Shown here one piece after another: positions 37,335 to 48,892 of a stretch of 64,000 bases of DNA. Position 1 is the first letter of the stretch. Every line of letters starts with the position of its first letter. Source of the DNA: Squalus acanthias (lineage: Eukaryota); assembly GCA_030390025.1 (NCBI GenBank), contig CM059432.1, positions 102,860,001-102,924,000 of the forward strand. The letters run 5' to 3'. Under the pieces are notes generated by a model. That model worked only from the letters and a program-made list of their open reading frames with translations, did no database searches and had not been told where the DNA came from. The position numbers and the translations under genes are program-made.

Positions 37335-38525
37335 TATCCCATCTCCCCTCATGACCTCTCTGTGCTCATCTTGTCCATGAGATCACCTCCTGCTCCCTCA
37401 ACTGTATTCCCACCAAACTGCTAACCACCCAACTTCCTTTTCTGGCTTCCATGTCAGCTGATAGTTAGTGGTTCTCTGTCCTCAGATACTGTCCCCCTCT
37501 CCTTCAAATCTGCCGTCATCACCCTCTCCTCCAAAAACCAACCCTTGATCCTTCCATCTTTGCAAACTACCGCCCCATCTCCAACCTCCCTTTCCTCTCC
37601 AAAGTCCTTGAACGTGTTGTCGCCTCCCAAATCCGTGCCCATCTTCCCCGCAATTCCATGTTTGAATCCCTCCAATCAGGTTTCCGCACTTGCCACAGTA
37701 CCGAAACGGCTCTCATCAAAGTCACAAATGACAGCCTTTGTGACTGTGACAAAGGTAAACTATCCCTCTTCATCCTTCTTGACTTTGACTTGTCTGCAGC
37801 CTTTGACACGTTTGACCACTCCATCCTTCTCCAACGCCTCTCCACCGTCGTCCAGCTGGGTGGGACTGCACTCGCCTGGTTCCATTCTTATCTAAATAAT
37901 CGTAACCAGAGAATCACCTGCAACTGCTTCTCTTCCCACTCCCACATCATTATCTCTGGTGTTCCCCCAGGGATCGAGCCTCGGAGCCCTCCTATTTCTC
38001 ATCTACATGTTGCCCCTTGGCAACATCATCCGAAAACACAGTGTCAGTTTCCACATGTACACTGACGACACCCAGCTCTACCTCACTACCTCTTCTCTCG
38101 ACCCCTCTACGGTGTCTAAAGTATCAGACTGCTTGTCCAACATACAGTTCTGGATGAGCAAAAATGTACTCCAATTAAATATTGGGAAGACCAAAGCCAT
38201 TGTTTTCTGTCCCCGCTACAAACTCCGTTCCCTAGCCACTGACTCCATCCCTCTCCCTAACATCAGTCTGTGGCTGAACCACACTGTTCGCATCCTTGGT
38301 GTCATATTTGACCCTGAAATGAGCTTCCGACCACATATCCGCAGCATAACAAAGACCGCCGACTTCCACCGCAGTAGCATCGCCCGTCTCTGACCCTGCC
38401 TCACCTCATCCGCTGCTGAGACCCTCATTCATGCCTTTGTTACCTCTAGACTTGACTATTCCAACGGACTCCTGGCTGGTCTCCCACATTCTACCCTATG
38501 TAAACTTGAGGTCATCCAAAACTTG
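37335..38525 (+). mobile_element. L2 LINE RT fragment
   Basis: QSGFRTCHSTETALIKV...DLSAAFDTFDHSILL, PQGSSLG, HMYTDDTQLY. Confidence 0.9.
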
Positions 38526-39061
38526 GCCTGGAGAATGGTGGCGCAGTGCTAACCTTGCGTGCAACGTCCTCCTGGTGGTGTTAGTGGAGTCCTCCGAGGT
38601 GAAGTTCCCATCTTGAAGTGCTGTTCGAGCTTCACACAGCCTCTGGGAGCGAGGCTGTAGAGCTCGTAAGGAATTGTGGGTACTTAATAGGGCTATGAAT
38701 TAAAGTGGCAATGCACTCAGAAGTATAACAAATTATAATGCAGCTAAAAAATGAAGTTTTCAACCCTTACTGCCTTTCAAAAATGTTTTAACATTAATAA
38801 GAAGTTCCAAATGGGATTATTCAGCTCTTAAAGCTGAATTCCTTTCCGAAGCTCAATAAATGGGAAAAGTGCTTCAGCACTAACACAAATGGCTCAGCAA
38901 GGCAGGGAAGGGGCACCCAGGGTCTCACATGCAGCACTCCAGCTTCGTGCAGGGGGTCAACACTGAAAGAGAGGTCCTCTACCCACAGGGGCTAGGAGGC
39001 CCTCCAGAAAGAACGCTGTGGGACCACATCACCAAGGCTATCACTGCCAGCAGTGTCTTTC

Positions 39062-40668
39062 TGTAAGGGGTTCGGGTGCTCTGTGCTTAGCCTGGGTGCT
39101 AGTGCGGGGTTAGGCCTTGTTGCCTGTTCTGGTCTCCAGCCAGCCTGTTAGCACTAGACACCTGTGAGTGGTTCGACCCACTCGCCCTTACGGTTCTGAC
39201 GCTGGACTTAGGTGCGAGAGCAGTAATGCAGAGAAAACTCAGGTAGACCCGATGAATAGTACGAAATGGAAAATCTTTATTGCATACTGTTCAAGATTAC
39301 GAAATACATGTCATAAGCACAGGTTAATGACAGTACAAGCTTACATACATTTATGCAACTAGGTTTAGGGAAACGAGGAGCGCACGACACATCGTAAAAG
39401 GGGACACACATTATAATTATCCTTAAAAAAAAAACCCTCCCCTATTAATACCTGTCCTAATCTAGATCTGTAGGATCTAGAACCATGCTCACCACTCGTG
39501 ATAACTCGGAGAATTCTAAAAACGGTGCTCGGCTGTTTTCGCTGCAGCACCTGACTCCAGGAGTCTCTGTACCCCACTTGTTTATTTGCTCTGCTCCGGC
39601 TAGCAGGCTGGGCTCCCCGTTGTCATGAAGAACTCGACAGTGCTCGGACCCGGCTGTAGAACTCAAAGAAAAAGTCTTTCTGGATCGACACCAGTTCGAT
39701 AAAATTCGAAGAAAAGTCTTCCTGTGTCAGTTCGTGCAGTAACCTATAGAGTTCAAAAATGGTCTATATATTTTCGGGCGCGGTCGGGGTTTACTGACCG
39801 CGGCGGCACGTGTAGTCGTCTTCTTTTCTTCTCATCTCATCTCATCTCATCTCCTCGGGCCTTCGGGTCCAGACACCGTTTACCGACCTTCGGGATGGTG
39901 CACCCGATTTCGCAGCACGCCACGAGGTCGACCCCAAAAGGGATCAGCGGAACAAGAGAGAATAACGGTCGTCCGGGATAAGAGCCAAGAGATGATTCCA
40001 AGCGAATGAAAAGGATAAGAGAGCGATGGACGTTTGGACACTACAGTTATAGTACTGTAATTCCTTATCTCCCGCCCAAACTTAATGTTCATCTTTTGTC
40101 ATGTTTTGGCGCTCAAACTTCTTGTATGGGGTGGTTCTTGTCGTTAATGGGTTTCGGCGATACTTGTAACGGTCTAAGTACCCGTTAATATTTCTCCCAT
40201 TGTGGAACCGGCTAGGAGTCTCCCTGGAGGGGTTTTTGGGGGCCTCCGAATTCTTGCTGTGAGTACCCGCGAACGGTTCTCTCATCGTAGAGCCGCGGGG
40301 AATTTGCGTATCAATGTCTTTGGATGGGCCCTTGATTGCTCAGTACAATTGCTCTCGTTTGTGTATGGAAAACCGATTCCAGCACTTATATTTCTTGCTT
40401 AGGTGTCAAAAATGCAAAATGATCGCGTCTTGTCTTATATCAATGTATGCTGAGCATTGTCCGATCTTGCTGAAATGTTTATTGGAACGCCATCTTGTCT
40501 GCCTACTGAAAGTCTAGAAACTTCTGCCACGAGGCGCGGCGGCCATTTTACAGGCTTCTTGTGTCCGTTTTTGAACCTGACAGCATTTTGCTGAAATAAA
40601 GCTGTTTTTACGAAACTGTATGTCTCTATCTTGTTATTTCGAAATCGCGATAATTTGCGAATTCTACA
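39062..40668 (-). mobile_element. Solo LTR (1607 bp)
   Basis: TGTA...TACA; highly similar to 60048-61679; flanks TTTC/ACCC do not form a TSD. Confidence 0.85.
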
Positions 40669-41614
40669 ACCCACACCACCTGGTTCCAGTGCCCAAAGAA
40701 GCTTCATGACCTCAGACCACTGGTCAAGGTCAGTGAATGCATCTTCAAAAGCTGTCTCCTAACAACTGCACCACTAGCCTCACACACTGCTCAATGCATG
40801 ACCCCCAATCACTCACCTACCAACAATCTGCACCAATCACGAGGCACATCTCCCATTCCAAGCCTCACCTCACCCCCTTGGAGGAGACGGTGCAGACCAT
40901 TCTTGGCAGGGGCATGGCTGAGCCCTTGGCCAGCGGCGGGCTGAAAGGATAAAAAATGCTGATATCTTCATATGTTATCCTCCTTCTGGCATGCACCTCT
41001 TACTCTCCTGCCCTCCCCTCACCACAACTCCACCCTTGCGCCTTCCTCATTTCACACACCCAAAGAAATGCAGCCTGCCCAGCCAGTGGGTGACCAAGAA
41101 GAGGGAGAGCAGAGTGAAGAAGAAGAAGAAGAAGGTGGTTGATTTGACACTCCCAGCCACCAGCTCCTCAAGGTCGATCAGCAAGGCCATTTGCAGTGTC
41201 CCCCACTGAAAGTCAGCAGCCTTCCACCAGCCATGCTGCAGCCACTGGAGAAGCACTGCGTGACATCAATAGGATTGGCAAAAGCACCGCACGACAGTCA
41301 CTAAGGGAATGCATAAGGGTGATTAGTTGATTTCTTGTTGTCATATTGGATGGATAGATGTTTAAAGTTGGGTTGGGAAATTTGCTTTGTGATGGCTTTT
41401 ATTTCAGCATTGTGGCCAAGAGGACTCTGTGATGGTCAATAACAGAGGGAAGGGAAGGTGTGGGACAAATGCTGAAAGAGGAATTGGGATTGTGGTCACT
41501 GGGACCGCAGGCAGATGATTCCATCCCGGATATCCCAGCCACAAAAGGGGATGTCTGGGTTGCATCCTGCTGTCTGCTTCCTCCTCTTCTGCTTCCTCCT
41601 CTTCCCTCTGTGAG

Positions 41615-41757
41615 CAGATGCTGCAAATCTGAAATAAAAGCATAAAATGCTGGAAATACTCAGCAGGTCAGGCAGCATCTCGACCTGAGATGAGAACTCT
41701 GTTTCTCTCTCCACAGATGTTGCCTGACCTGCTGAGTATTTGCAGCATTTTCTGTCT
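41615..41757. repeat. Inverted pair of Penelope-like tail sequences
   Basis: aaaatgctggaaatactcagcaggtcaggcagcatct ... agatgttgcctgacctgctgagtatttgcagcatttt. Confidence 0.8.
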
Positions 41758-42299
41758 TCTCAGAGGCCTACCAGCAGCACTCTCTACATACTTAAAAAAC
41801 TTTTAACATCTATTGCAGCAAGCCATTACTTCAATAAAATCAAGAAAACACAGTCCAACAGCTTAAATCCAAACTTACATGAATGATGTGCATGTGTCCC
41901 ATTAAGAGGTGCTGACATCGCCACTGTCAGCCTGATTGCACGCCAGATTAACCTGCGTGCTTAGGACCCAGCGCTGAATGCTAAGGTTGAAGTTCGGATT
42001 GGTGACGGTAAGTCGGCGTTGCACGCCGATTGACGTCACCACGCCACCATTTTTTTCTCCAGGGCGCTACCAGTTACTGGCAGCGCAAAGGGAACACCGA
42101 AAATGGAGGACACCACATGACCCATCACCAGCAGGCGAAAGAGCAGCAGTTGCCGCACTTTCGCCATTTTTTGCCGGTAACAGCTGGCATAAAGCCCCTG
42201 AATTTTTCACCCCAGGAGTTTTAGCACTCTAGCGCTGTTTAGAGGCAATTTTCATGGAGCTGTATATGTAGCCTCCAGGCAGCAATTTTCAATTAAGGT

Positions 42300-44184
42300 C
42301 TGGAGTGCGTGGCTGACAGACAACAGACATTTCAGGATAGCTCAGGGACTGAGGGAGAGGACACAGGGACCGAGGGAGAGGGCTCACAGGTCCTCGGATG
42401 TGGCACTGGAGGTCCTGGTGGAGGAGGTCCAGAGGAGGGGGGATGTCCTGTACCTGCAGCGGGGGAAGGAACCCACCTCGCTTTCCTGTCCCTCCTTCCT
42501 GCAGCAGCTGGTGCTGCTCTGTCTGGGCTCATCTCCTCCTCCCATTCCTCCTCCAGAACAAGGGGTACCCCTAACAAGATCCCCATGACCAAACACTCCC
42601 TTTCTCCTGGTGACTCAATCACAGTTTTCAAAAGGGAGTTGAATAAGTACCTGAAAGAAAAACATTTGCAGGGCTACGGGGAAAGGGCGGGGAAGTGGGA
42701 CTAGCCGAGGTGCTCTTGCAGAGAGCCGGCACGGGCTCAACAGGCCGAATGGCCTTCTTCCGTGCGGTAACCATTCTATGATTCTATGATTCTATAACTC
42801 CTATAAGCTGTTCAATAAGATAGAGTAGCACAGCACTCACTCTCTTCAGCTGAAGACCTCAGAGAATTTCCAGAAAAAATGTTGATGGTGAAGTCTTGAC
42901 AAAGTGTCCCAGAAAGTCTCCCGATGTGTCTCAAATGTCCTATTGAAACACAATCTATCTCCAGCCACAAGTGAACAGTGAAAGCTGAGCATGGCTTTAA
43001 GTAGTGCTCAAAATCCTCAGCAATTACTTCTTTACTCCTGTTCAGCTGGTCGCTGTTAGGAGAAGTCATTAATTGAAGCAGCCTCTTTAATGAGCACTAG
43101 CAGTCAAATTAATTGTCAATCAGGGACTTAATGATCTTCGGGCGGCCATTCCTAGCGCGCGTTTCAACTCCTTTACGGAGATGGCCCCATGCACTAAAGG
43201 CGGGCTACACCGGCGTTGCAGCTCAAGACCCCATCTTAGTCACCTCGGAGGCTCTTAGGGGTAAAAATTCACTTGGTTGCGCCTCCCGTTAGCACCTTAA
43301 GAGGGCGCTAATGGGGCGCAAAGCCGCTAATGCCCGTGCGCAGCGATGTTTGCGCCGCTCGAGAACTTAACTTGAGATTGTGCGGCGGCGCTAAAACTTA
43401 CCGCTGCGACCACCTGCGCGCGCAGATTGTGACGTCATTCCATGGTGCAACGCCCTTGTGGCGCCCCGGAGCAGAAATTGAGTGGCGCCCCCTGCCTTAC
43501 CGCCTGGCGCATCCAACGACCAGAAGACTGGAACGCTATCAATCGCTGTGGGGCTGGGGGGGGGCGCTATTTAAAGGGGGCCTCTTCCTGTCTTTTATTG
43601 TTGGCGGCATTTTTGAACTACGCATTCTGAGAGAGAGAGGGAGAGACTTCTGGAGAGATTCAACGTTGTGGGAAGGAGTTTTGGGTACTGAGCAGCACTT
43701 TGCAGGTTCATTTTGATTTGCCATTCCTTGTATCGATTTAGCAGAGACTGTGGGAGCTGCACTCTGAGCTCTTTGCCTGTTACTCTCCATTGATCTTTCC
43801 AGCACATTTGATGTGCAAGTCTCTCCAGGCCGAGATTCAAGGCTGCAATGAACAGGATGTGGATGGAAAGCAAGATTAACCATCCCCTTTAAGAACTGGC
43901 CCGTGCCATTGTGTGTGTGTTTCATTGCTGACTGACATTACATGAGCTTCGCCAGCGCTCTGAGTTAATGCCTCACTGCTCGGCCTTTGCGCCTTAAGAC
44001 AGGTGTGCAGCGCCTGCTTTAGCACTCCACTCACCTCCCGGGGCGGTAAAAGTGAAGTTTCCTGTCAGTGCCGATAATTAGCGCCATGCGCTAATATTTG
44101 CGTCCAGACGATATTTGCGCCCCAAATGGGGCGCGACCTAATTTCTACCCCCAAGTGCCTAAATTATACGGAGAAAATCACCCC
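42300..44184 (+). mobile_element. Decayed Harbinger remnant containing a CR1 tail (about 42608-42795) and a MITE
   Basis: RERAHRSSDVALEVLVEEVQRRGDVLY Myb exon 1 remnant; right terminus AAAATCACCCC; CR1 tail (attctatg)n. Confidence 0.55.
43258..44151 (+). mobile_element. About 900-bp Harbinger MITE, second copy of the 8639-9538 family
   Basis: TIR GGGGTAAAAATT...AATTTCTACCCC; same internal junction as 8639-9538. Confidence 0.85.
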
Positions 44185-44307
44185 CATAGTGTATATGGAT
44201 TTTCAGAAGACCACCTCACCAATAGTGCCATTCTCTTCAACCAATGAACCCTTCTCTACATTCCTAACATGTAGAGTGGATGATGTGTTCTAGTGTTGCT
44301 GAAAGAT

Positions 44308-44748
44308 GTCACTTGTGGCTCAGTGGTAGCACTTTTGCCTCTAAGTCAGAAGGTTGTGGATTCAAGTCCCACACCAGGGACTTGAGCAAAAATCTAGCCT
44401 GACATTCCAGTGCAGTACTGAGGGAGTGCTGCACTGTCAGAGGTGCCTTATATTGGGTGAGACCTTAAACTGAGGCCCCATCTGCCCTCTCAGGTTGATG
44501 TAAAAGATCACATGGCACTATTTCGAAGAAGAGCAACGGAATTTTTTATTTATCCCACAACCAGCACCTCAAAACAGATTATCTGGTCATAATCACATTG
44601 TTGTTTGTGGGACATTGCTATGTGAAAATTGACTGCTGCATTTCCTACATTACAACAGTGACTACACCTCAAAGGTACTTAATTGGCTGAAAAGCGCCTT
44701 GAGACTTCCTGAGGTTGTGAAAGGCGCTACATAAATGCAAGTCTTTTT
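44308..44748 (+). mobile_element. tRNA-derived SINE (SacSINE1/DeuSINE-like) with L2-like tail
   Basis: A box TGGCTCAGTGG, B box GATTCAAGTCC, central gagggagtgctgcactgtcagaggtgcc...aagatcacatggcactatt; tail aggcgctacataaatgcaagtc shared with the L2 at about 32615. Confidence 0.8.
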
Positions 44749-45307
44749 TTATATGTTAAGAGGAAGCTCCTGGATATGCCCTACATTATGATCCTGTAAC
44801 GCGGCAAGGATCAGACTTCTGAATCTTTCATCTGTGGAGAGAGTAGGTAGAACAACATGAGTAATGGAGAGCATCCTATTATGAAGTGCAAACACGGAAG
44901 TACATTGCTTGAATGTATTATTTATTGCCTGCACAATGTGATGCCTGGCATTTGATATTTACTTTCTTGAGTTCAAAGGCTAACTGTCTCAGGAAAATCT
45001 ACTCCCTAATGGAGTTTGCTTCACAGCAACTCAACTAATCGGGGCTCTCAGGGAAGCTCAATATTTTACCAGAAACCTCCGCCACAAGTATCATGTCTAA
45101 CTCTTCTGTTGTGGCTAACTTAGTCTGGAAGAAGCAATGGTATATTTGTTGAAAATATTGCCAATAAATAAAAGTGTACTAGCGCAGTTGGTTTATTGTA
45201 TACAAAAGCAAAATACTGCGGATACTGGAAATCTGAAATAAAAACAGAAAATGCTGGAAATACTCAACAGGTCAGGCAGCATCTGTGGAGAGAGAAACAG
45301 AGTTAAC

Positions 45308-46072
45308 GGACCAGAAATTCGGCTGTTGTCGGGTGAGTACGTGCTGTGTACTCACCCGTAAGGCCATCTGAAGTGCCGGTTTCCTGCATGCACTGCGCAT
45401 GCGCTGGAAACCGGAACTTCCGTTCCCCTGAAGGAAGGTGTTCAGAAGTCGAACGCGTGCGCGGGAGAGGCTGCGCGCACGCAGCGAACTTCAGTTTTTT
45501 ATTCAGGTTTCTCCGGGAAGGTAAGTGTGAAGAAGCTGCACTTTTAAAAAGGAGGCGCAAGGCCTGTTTTTAACAAGGTAAGTGGTTAATTAATTACAAT
45601 TTAAAAAATTTTTCAACAGGTTTATCTTTTTTATATACTTTAAAGAAAGGTAAGTTTATTTTTAGCACCATTAAAAAGTATAATTAATTTTTTCAAAAAT
45701 TTAAATTTTTGTTTAAAGTAGTTAATTTATTTAACTTATAGTTATTTTAAAAATGTGATGTTTTAAAAAAAATGTATTTGAAGTTTAAGTGTGGTTTTGG
45801 GGCCGATCTCTATTCATAGATTTGACAGGTCTTCCTGTCAAATCTATGAATGAAAATGCCCTGCTAGGATTGGCTCTCCATGGCCCACGTGATCCCAGGG
45901 GACGCTTCGAACTAACTGCGTCCCTGGGATACACAAGCACTGCGCGCCGGCAGCTGCAGGAGGCCCAGGAACTGAAGTCCTCGTGGGCCCAAAGCACAAC
46001 TGCAGGAGCGGTAGGCAAGTACGCGCACGCTGCTTGCACCCGCAGGAAGCCTGAAAGCTGAATTTCTGGCCC
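45308..46072. mobile_element. Harbinger-type MITE (family of 10890-11642)
   Basis: TIR GGACCAGAAATTC...GAATTTCTGGCCC; AAC TSD at 45305-45307 and 46073-46075. Confidence 0.9.
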
Positions 46073-46105
46073 AACGTTTCAGGTCGATGACCCTTCATCA
46101 GAACT
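46073..46105 (-). ncRNA. Minimal type I hammerhead ribozyme motif (split by the MITE)
   Basis: AGTT-CTGATGA-A-GGGTC ATC GACCT-GAAAC-GTT, with the helix I partner AACT at 45304-45301. Confidence 0.7.
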
Positions 46106-46371
46106 TGGAGAAGTTGGAGATGGAACAGGTTTTTAAGCAAGTGTAGGGACAGGGAAAGGAGGAACGGGAGGAAAGAACAAAAGGGAAGGTCTGTGATAGG
46201 ATGGAAGGCAGGAGAGATTAAGAGACAAAAGGGATGATGGTGCAAGGCAAAAGGAGATGGTAATGGGACAAGTTAAGAAACAAAAGATGACTCTAGATGA
46301 GGTGTAAATGGCACTGGTAGAATCATCGACAGCTGCCGTGTGAGAGAGAGAAAAAAACATAGGGGCAGAGG

Positions 46372-46689
46372 TTATGGTTTGAAATTGTTGAACTCGATGT
46401 TGAGTCCAGAAGGCTGTAAAGTACCTAATCGATAGATGAGGTGCTGTTCCTCGAGCTTACGTTGAGCTTCATTGGAACAGTGTAAGAGGCCGAGGATAGA
46501 GAGGTCAGAGTGGGAGTGGAGCGGAGAATTAAAGTGACAGGCGACCGGAAGCTCAGGGTCACCCTTACAGACTGAACAGAGGTGTTCTGCAAAGCGGTCA
46601 CCCAATCTGCGTTTGGTTTCCCCAGTGTAGAGGAGACTGCATCGTGAGCAGCGAGTACAGTATACTAAATTGCAAGAAGTACAAGTTTG
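46372..46689 (-). pseudogene. GIY-YIG endonuclease domain of a Neptune-type Penelope-like element
   Basis: TCTSCNLVYCTRCSRCSLLYTGETKRRLGDRFAEH...VACHF...RKLEEQHLIYRLGTLQPSGLN. Confidence 0.9.
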
Positions 46690-48481
46690 TACTTCTGGTT
46701 TATTGTATGGGTCAGCCAAGGAGAATGTTTCAGATTCCCAGAACATCATGTGCCATATATGCCCTGCTGTGCCAAATCATAGATAGAATACACATTCATC
46801 GCATTTCAAAGACAGGACATGAATGACAGAAAGCACACAAAGATGAAACGGTCCCCTCCATTTCTTCAGATGCCTGCCTTTATAGGGCTTTTGCTCATTT
46901 TCTTACAAATATGCCTTTACAATGGCAACTAGGTTGATTTTCCCCTGTCAGCACTTTTTGCAGAACATTTGCATATTAATTAAAAATGTTCAATCATATT
47001 TAATTCATGCTATGATTGCTAAAGGGTGCTTACATTACATGCAGTTCCAATCTATAGCCTCCTTTAATTATTACTGTTATCTGACATCTTTAGCAGGTAT
47101 AATGTACGAGGACATCTCAAAGAGGGAATAATAAGGCACCTAGAGAAATACAAACTAATAACAGAGTCTGGATGGCTTTATAGGAGGGAGGCTACGTCTG
47201 AAAAATCTATTTGGCTTCTCCGAGGAGATAACAAGCCCAGTGGATGGGGGAACCTGAGTAGATGTTATGTATTTAAATTTTAGTAAAGCTTTTTACACAG
47301 TACCACACAAGAGATTGATCCACAAAGTTAAAAGACATGATTGGGGGAAGCTTCTGGAGTGGAATATTACATAGAATTTTATAGAATGTACAGCATGGAA
47401 ACAGGCTATTCAGCCCAACTGGTCTGTACCTGTGTTCATGCTCCACAGGAGCCTCCTCCCAGCCCTCTTCATCTAACTTTATCAGCATATCGTTCTATTC
47501 CTTTCTCCTTCATGTGTTTCTCTAGCTTCCCCTGAAATGAATAGAAATTGTTTCAATCAGAGGAAGCAATGGGTACATGGGAGCTGCATTAGAATGGAAG
47601 AAGATGATTAGTGGGGTGCCTCAGGAATCCGTGCATGAAGAATTATTGCTATTATTGTATTTAACTGATTTGGAAATGGGGACAGAAATGATGCTTTCTT
47701 CATTTCCTTATGAGTTTACTGAGGGAAGGGGGACTGCAAATTACAGGGAAAAAGCAGACCAAGTACGCATTGGGAATTGGGTTGATATGTTGCAGATGTT
47801 TAATGTACACAAATAAGAGTGATGAGGCTAGGGAATAAGCATTTAGGAAAATAATAAAATGACTGTAGAGCACATATAGGAGCATGATCTGGGGATACTG
47901 ATACTGTGCAACAGAAGTAAAGAAGGCAAACAAGATCTTAGGGTGTAGGCAGAGAATATAAGTCCTGGATAAAATAGTGAGTTTGTATAGAGCTGCTTCA
48001 GTGCTTGTGGAGTACTGTGTAGAATTCAGGTCACTGTACTATAATGTGGACATTGTGGCTTTGGAGAGGATACAGAGGAAGGTAATTAAACCAATACAGG
48101 TTATTAGGCACCTGAGCCACAAGGAGATGCTAAAGCTACTGAGAATGTTTACAATGGAGAAAAGAAGGCTCAGTGACAATCTCAAACTTTTCTAGATTCT
48201 AAGAGGTTCTAGATTATAAACTAGGCCATAATAAATTGTTTCACACAACCATAAACTCCAGGATCAGTGGGTATCTATTCAAACTAAGGAGAGGAAAAGC
48301 AAATTTAGATTTAACTACTAAGTTAAATAACAACACTTCAAAAATAATTCATTAGGTGTCAGCCTTTGCTCAGTGGGAGCACTTTTGCCTCTAAGTCAGA
48401 AGTTTATGGGTTCAAGCCCTATTTCAGGGACTTGGATACGAAATTGGCTAAGTGACAGGAAACAGAGAGTAGTGGTGAACG

Positions 48482-48580
48482 AAATAACAACAGAAAACGC
48501 TGGAAAAACTCAGCAGGCCAGGCAGCATCCGTGGAGAGAGAAAGAGAGTTAACGTTTCAGGTCGAAGACCTTTCGTCAGA
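48482..48580 (-). ncRNA. 99-bp Penelope-tail insertion with an uninterrupted hammerhead core
   Basis: T-CTGACGA-A-AGGTC TTC GACCT-GAAAC-GTT-AACT; 14-bp TSD AGTAGTGGTGAACG at 48468-48481 and 48581-48594. Confidence 0.75.
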
Positions 48581-48892
48581 AGTAGTGGTGAACGGTTGTT
48601 TTTCAGACTGGAGGAACGTATACAGTGGTGTTCCCGAGGGGTCGGTACTAGGACCACTGCTTTTCTTGATATATATTAATGACTTGGATGTGGGTGTACA
48701 GGGCACAATTTCAAAATTTGCAGATGACACAAAACTTGGAAGTATAGTGAAAAGTGAGGAAGATAGTGATAGACTTCAGGAAGACATAGACTGGCTGGTG
48801 GAATAGGCTGACACGTGGAAGATGAAATTTAACGCAGAAAAGTGTGAAGTGATACATTTTGGTAGAAAGAATGAGGAGAGAAAATATAAACT

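Larger units (their letters stand above)
38880..42213 (+). mobile_element. Decayed Harbinger (Myb gene on +) interrupted by a solo LTR and a Penelope tail
   Basis: MAQQGREGAPRVSHAAL... at 38889; resumes after the LTR with ...ttcatgacctc...gtcaag|gtcagt; right terminus GAATTTTTCACCCC. Confidence 0.65.
45200..46690 (-). mobile_element. Penelope-like element 3' portion (GIY-YIG endonuclease, 3' UTR, hammerhead), interrupted by a MITE
   Basis: GIY-YIG frame followed by a pyrimidine-rich UTR and the hammerhead-bearing tail. Confidence 0.88.

Noticed and set aside
44308..44385. tRNA gene
   Set aside because: The A/B boxes belong to a SINE head continuing into SINE body and tail; no complete cloverleaf seen.
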